A stretch of DNA of 64,000 nt, taken from contig OZ255836.1 of assembly GCA_965277715.1 (NCBI GenBank), positions 1,184,001 through 1,248,000 of the forward strand, in the 5' to 3' direction. The stretch comes from Gammaproteobacteria bacterium. Its GTDB lineage: Bacteria > Pseudomonadota > Gammaproteobacteria > JBCCGL01. The notes under the pieces are model-generated. The model saw nothing but the letters and a program-made list of their open reading frames with translations. It was not told the DNA's origin and did no database searches. A program made the translations under genes and the position numbers. Below, in pieces: positions 62,169 through 64,000 of this stretch. Position 1 is the stretch's first letter, and every line of letters starts with the position of its first letter.

Positions 62169-63494
62169 TTATAAGTGCACCGGCAACGTCTCTGCCACCG
62201 TTACAAACGAACCAAATATAACCAGCCGATCACCCACGCTGGCCTCGGCCAGTGCACGTTGAAACGCCTGGCGCACTGTCGCTTCGACGGATACATTTGC
62301 CTGGGTGTGATGGGCCAGCAATGCCGCTAACTGCGCACCCGACATGGCACGCGGCAATGGTAGGTCGCCGGTATACCAGTGGTCAAATGTGCCCGCCAGT
62401 AAATCGAGCATTTGCGGTATGGCTTTGTCGGCCATAAAGGCAGCGATAGCAATGGTTTTTCCAGTGAATTGTTCGGGGGAACGGCCTGGATTATGGTGTA
62501 CCGGTTGGCACTGCGATAAATACCCGGCAAAAGCGGCGATGGCCTGGGGATTGTGCGCGACATCAAAAATGCAGTCGATTCCATCGATTTGAATATGCTG
62601 GGCACGCCCCGGTAACCGGGCAGCCCGCAGGCCGTCATGCAATGCTGTTTCACCAACGTGAAACGATTCGCTTAAACATTTAATCGCCTGCACGGCAATT
62701 GAGGCGTTCAGGTAGCGAACACTACCCATAATACCAGGGGCAGGCAGATGTTTCTGGCCACTGTTTTCACTCACAAAATGCCAACTGTGTTCACCCATTG
62801 TTGTCGCCGGGGATTGTACCGGTAGCTGGTAGTCAAAGTGTTGCCCACGCAGGAACAGTGTCGCGCCAATTTCATCGGCCCGTGTATACAAGCGCTCAGG
62901 GGGAGCTGACTCTCCAACAATCAACGGCCTTCCTGTTCGGGCGATGCCCGTCTTCTCGTAGGCGATGGCGTCGAGGGTATCACCCAGCCAGTCGGTATGG
63001 TCAAGTGCCAGCGAGCTGATAATCGATACCTCCGCATCCCATAGGTTCACTGCGTCGAGTCGGCCACCGAGGCCCACTTCAAGAATCGCAATATCGACAG
63101 CCGCTTGCTGAAAGCATTGCATCGCCGCCAGCGTACCAAACTCAAAATAGGTCAGGCTGGTATCGGCACGACTGTTTTCGATCTGTTCAAAGGCACCGCA
63201 CAGTGCCGCATCGTCAATGGCTTGCGCGTCAATACGCACGCGTTCGTTGTAGTGGAAGATATGAGGTGAGGTATAGAGGCCAACACGGTATCCCGCGTGT
63301 TTCAATATACTTTCCAGCAGTGCGCACACTGAACCTTTACCGTTAGTGCCACCGACAGTGATGACGGGAAAGGATGGGGTTAAAAGAGACGCACGCACGG
63401 CAACCTGGTGTACACGCTCAAGCCCCAGGTCTATACCACTAGGGTGTAATTGTTCCAACCAGGTGAGCCACCCGGTCAGTGTGCTGGGGTGCAT
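62169..63494 (-). CDS. folC: Bifunctional dihydrofolate/folylpolyglutamate synthase
   Basis: GTNGKGS, EVGLGGRLDAVN, DVAHNP, FGSF. Confidence 0.95.
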   Translation of the reverse strand: MHPSTLTGWLTWLEQLHPSGIDLGLERVHQVAVRASLLTPSFPVITVGGTNGKGSVCALLESILKHAGYRVGLYTSPHIFHYNERVRIDAQAIDDAALCGAFEQIENSRADTSLTYFEFGTLAAMQCFQQAAVDIAILEVGLGGRLDAVNLWDAEVSIISSLALDHTDWLGDTLDAIAYEKTGIARTGRPLIVGESAPPERLYTRADEIGATLFLRGQHFDYQLPVQSPATTMGEHSWHFVSENSGQKHLPAPGIMGSVRYLNASIAVQAIKCLSESFHVGETALHDGLRAARLPGRAQHIQIDGIDCIFDVAHNPQAIAAFAGYLSQCQPVHHNPGRSPEQFTGKTIAIAAFMADKAIPQMLDLLAGTFDHWYTGDLPLPRAMSGAQLAALLAHHTQANVSVEATVRQAFQRALAEASVGDRLVIFGSFVTVAETLPVHL

Positions 63495-63503
63495 TAAAAC
63501 AAA

Positions 63504-64000
63504 TCAGGGGGTGGTTGCAGTGCTGGAAGGTGCGGCCAATGGCACAACTGCCGGTATTGGTGGCGCGGGCCTCCGGCACAGCATGGCCAGTAAGCTGGCC
63601 ACGCGTTCGCGCATTTCGCGCCGGTCGACGACCATATCGATAGCGCCGTGTTCAAGCAGGAATTCGGCACGTTGAAAGCCTTCTGGCAGGTTTTCGCGCA
63701 CCGTTTGTTCGATAACGCGCCGACCGGCAAAACCAATTTCTGCTCCCGGTTCAGCAATTTGAATATCGCCTAACATAGCAAAGCTGGCCGAGACACCACC
63801 CATAGTCGGGTCAGTCAGCACAGAAATATATGGCATACCATGTTGGGACAGGCGTGATAAGGCTGCGCTGGTTTTTGCCAGTTGCATCAATGAGAACAGG
63901 GCTTCCTGCATGCGTGCTCCACCACTGGCGGAAAAGCACACCAGTGGGAGTGACTCTTCGATGCAGGTTTCCACGGCGCGCACAAAACGCTCGCCAACCA
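63504..64000 (-). CDS. accD: Acetyl-CoA carboxylase beta subunit (5' end beyond the window)
   Basis: [30 protein letters not shown]. Confidence 0.95.
   Translation of the reverse strand, partial: VGERFVRAVETCIEESLPLVCFSASGGARMQEALFSLMQLAKTSAALSRLSQHGMPYISVLTDPTMGGVSASFAMLGDIQIAEPGAEIGFAGRRVIEQTVRENLPEGFQRAEFLLEHGAIDMVVDRREMRERVASLLAMLCRRPAPPIPAVVPLAAPSSTATTP

Overview
This is a chromosomal window from a Gammaproteobacterium, judged by typical core genes: tRNA-Ser, rluB, moaB, djlA, truD, acpS, sdhCDAB with assembly factors, ygfZ, rraA, lysS, frameshifted prfB, rmuC, mdh, prmB, psd, epmA/efp, a FimX-like gene, parC, metY and purF-cvpA-dedD-folC-accD. Two accessory blocks are embedded. The first (~16.9-25.7 kb) is an island between prfB and phnY. 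It holds a translationally coupled KAP-family P-loop NTPase plus a WD40 protein whose 13 near-identical 123-bp repeats vary mainly at two cassettes that appear shuffled; the array seems inserted into a degenerate FGE-sulfatase/C-type-lectin-like domain. The island also carries a PIN (DUF3368-like) remnant, an AlbA_2/Schlafen-domain protein and a DUF1611 + PLP-racemase pair. The second (~25.7-37.5 kb) is a 2-aminoethylphosphonate catabolic cluster (phnWAY, LysR, NUDIX, AepXVW-like ABC transporter, Na/Pi transporter). The best candidate for an undescribed system is the KAP NTPase + hypervariable WD40 pair, a possible split, repeat-diversified NLR-like sensor. Also notable are a dispersed 48-bp palindromic repeat family (5 copies, one shortened) and an HExxH protein coupled to efp-epmA that may be a remote EpmC analogue. 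All family assignments come from motif recognition by eye; no database search was run.
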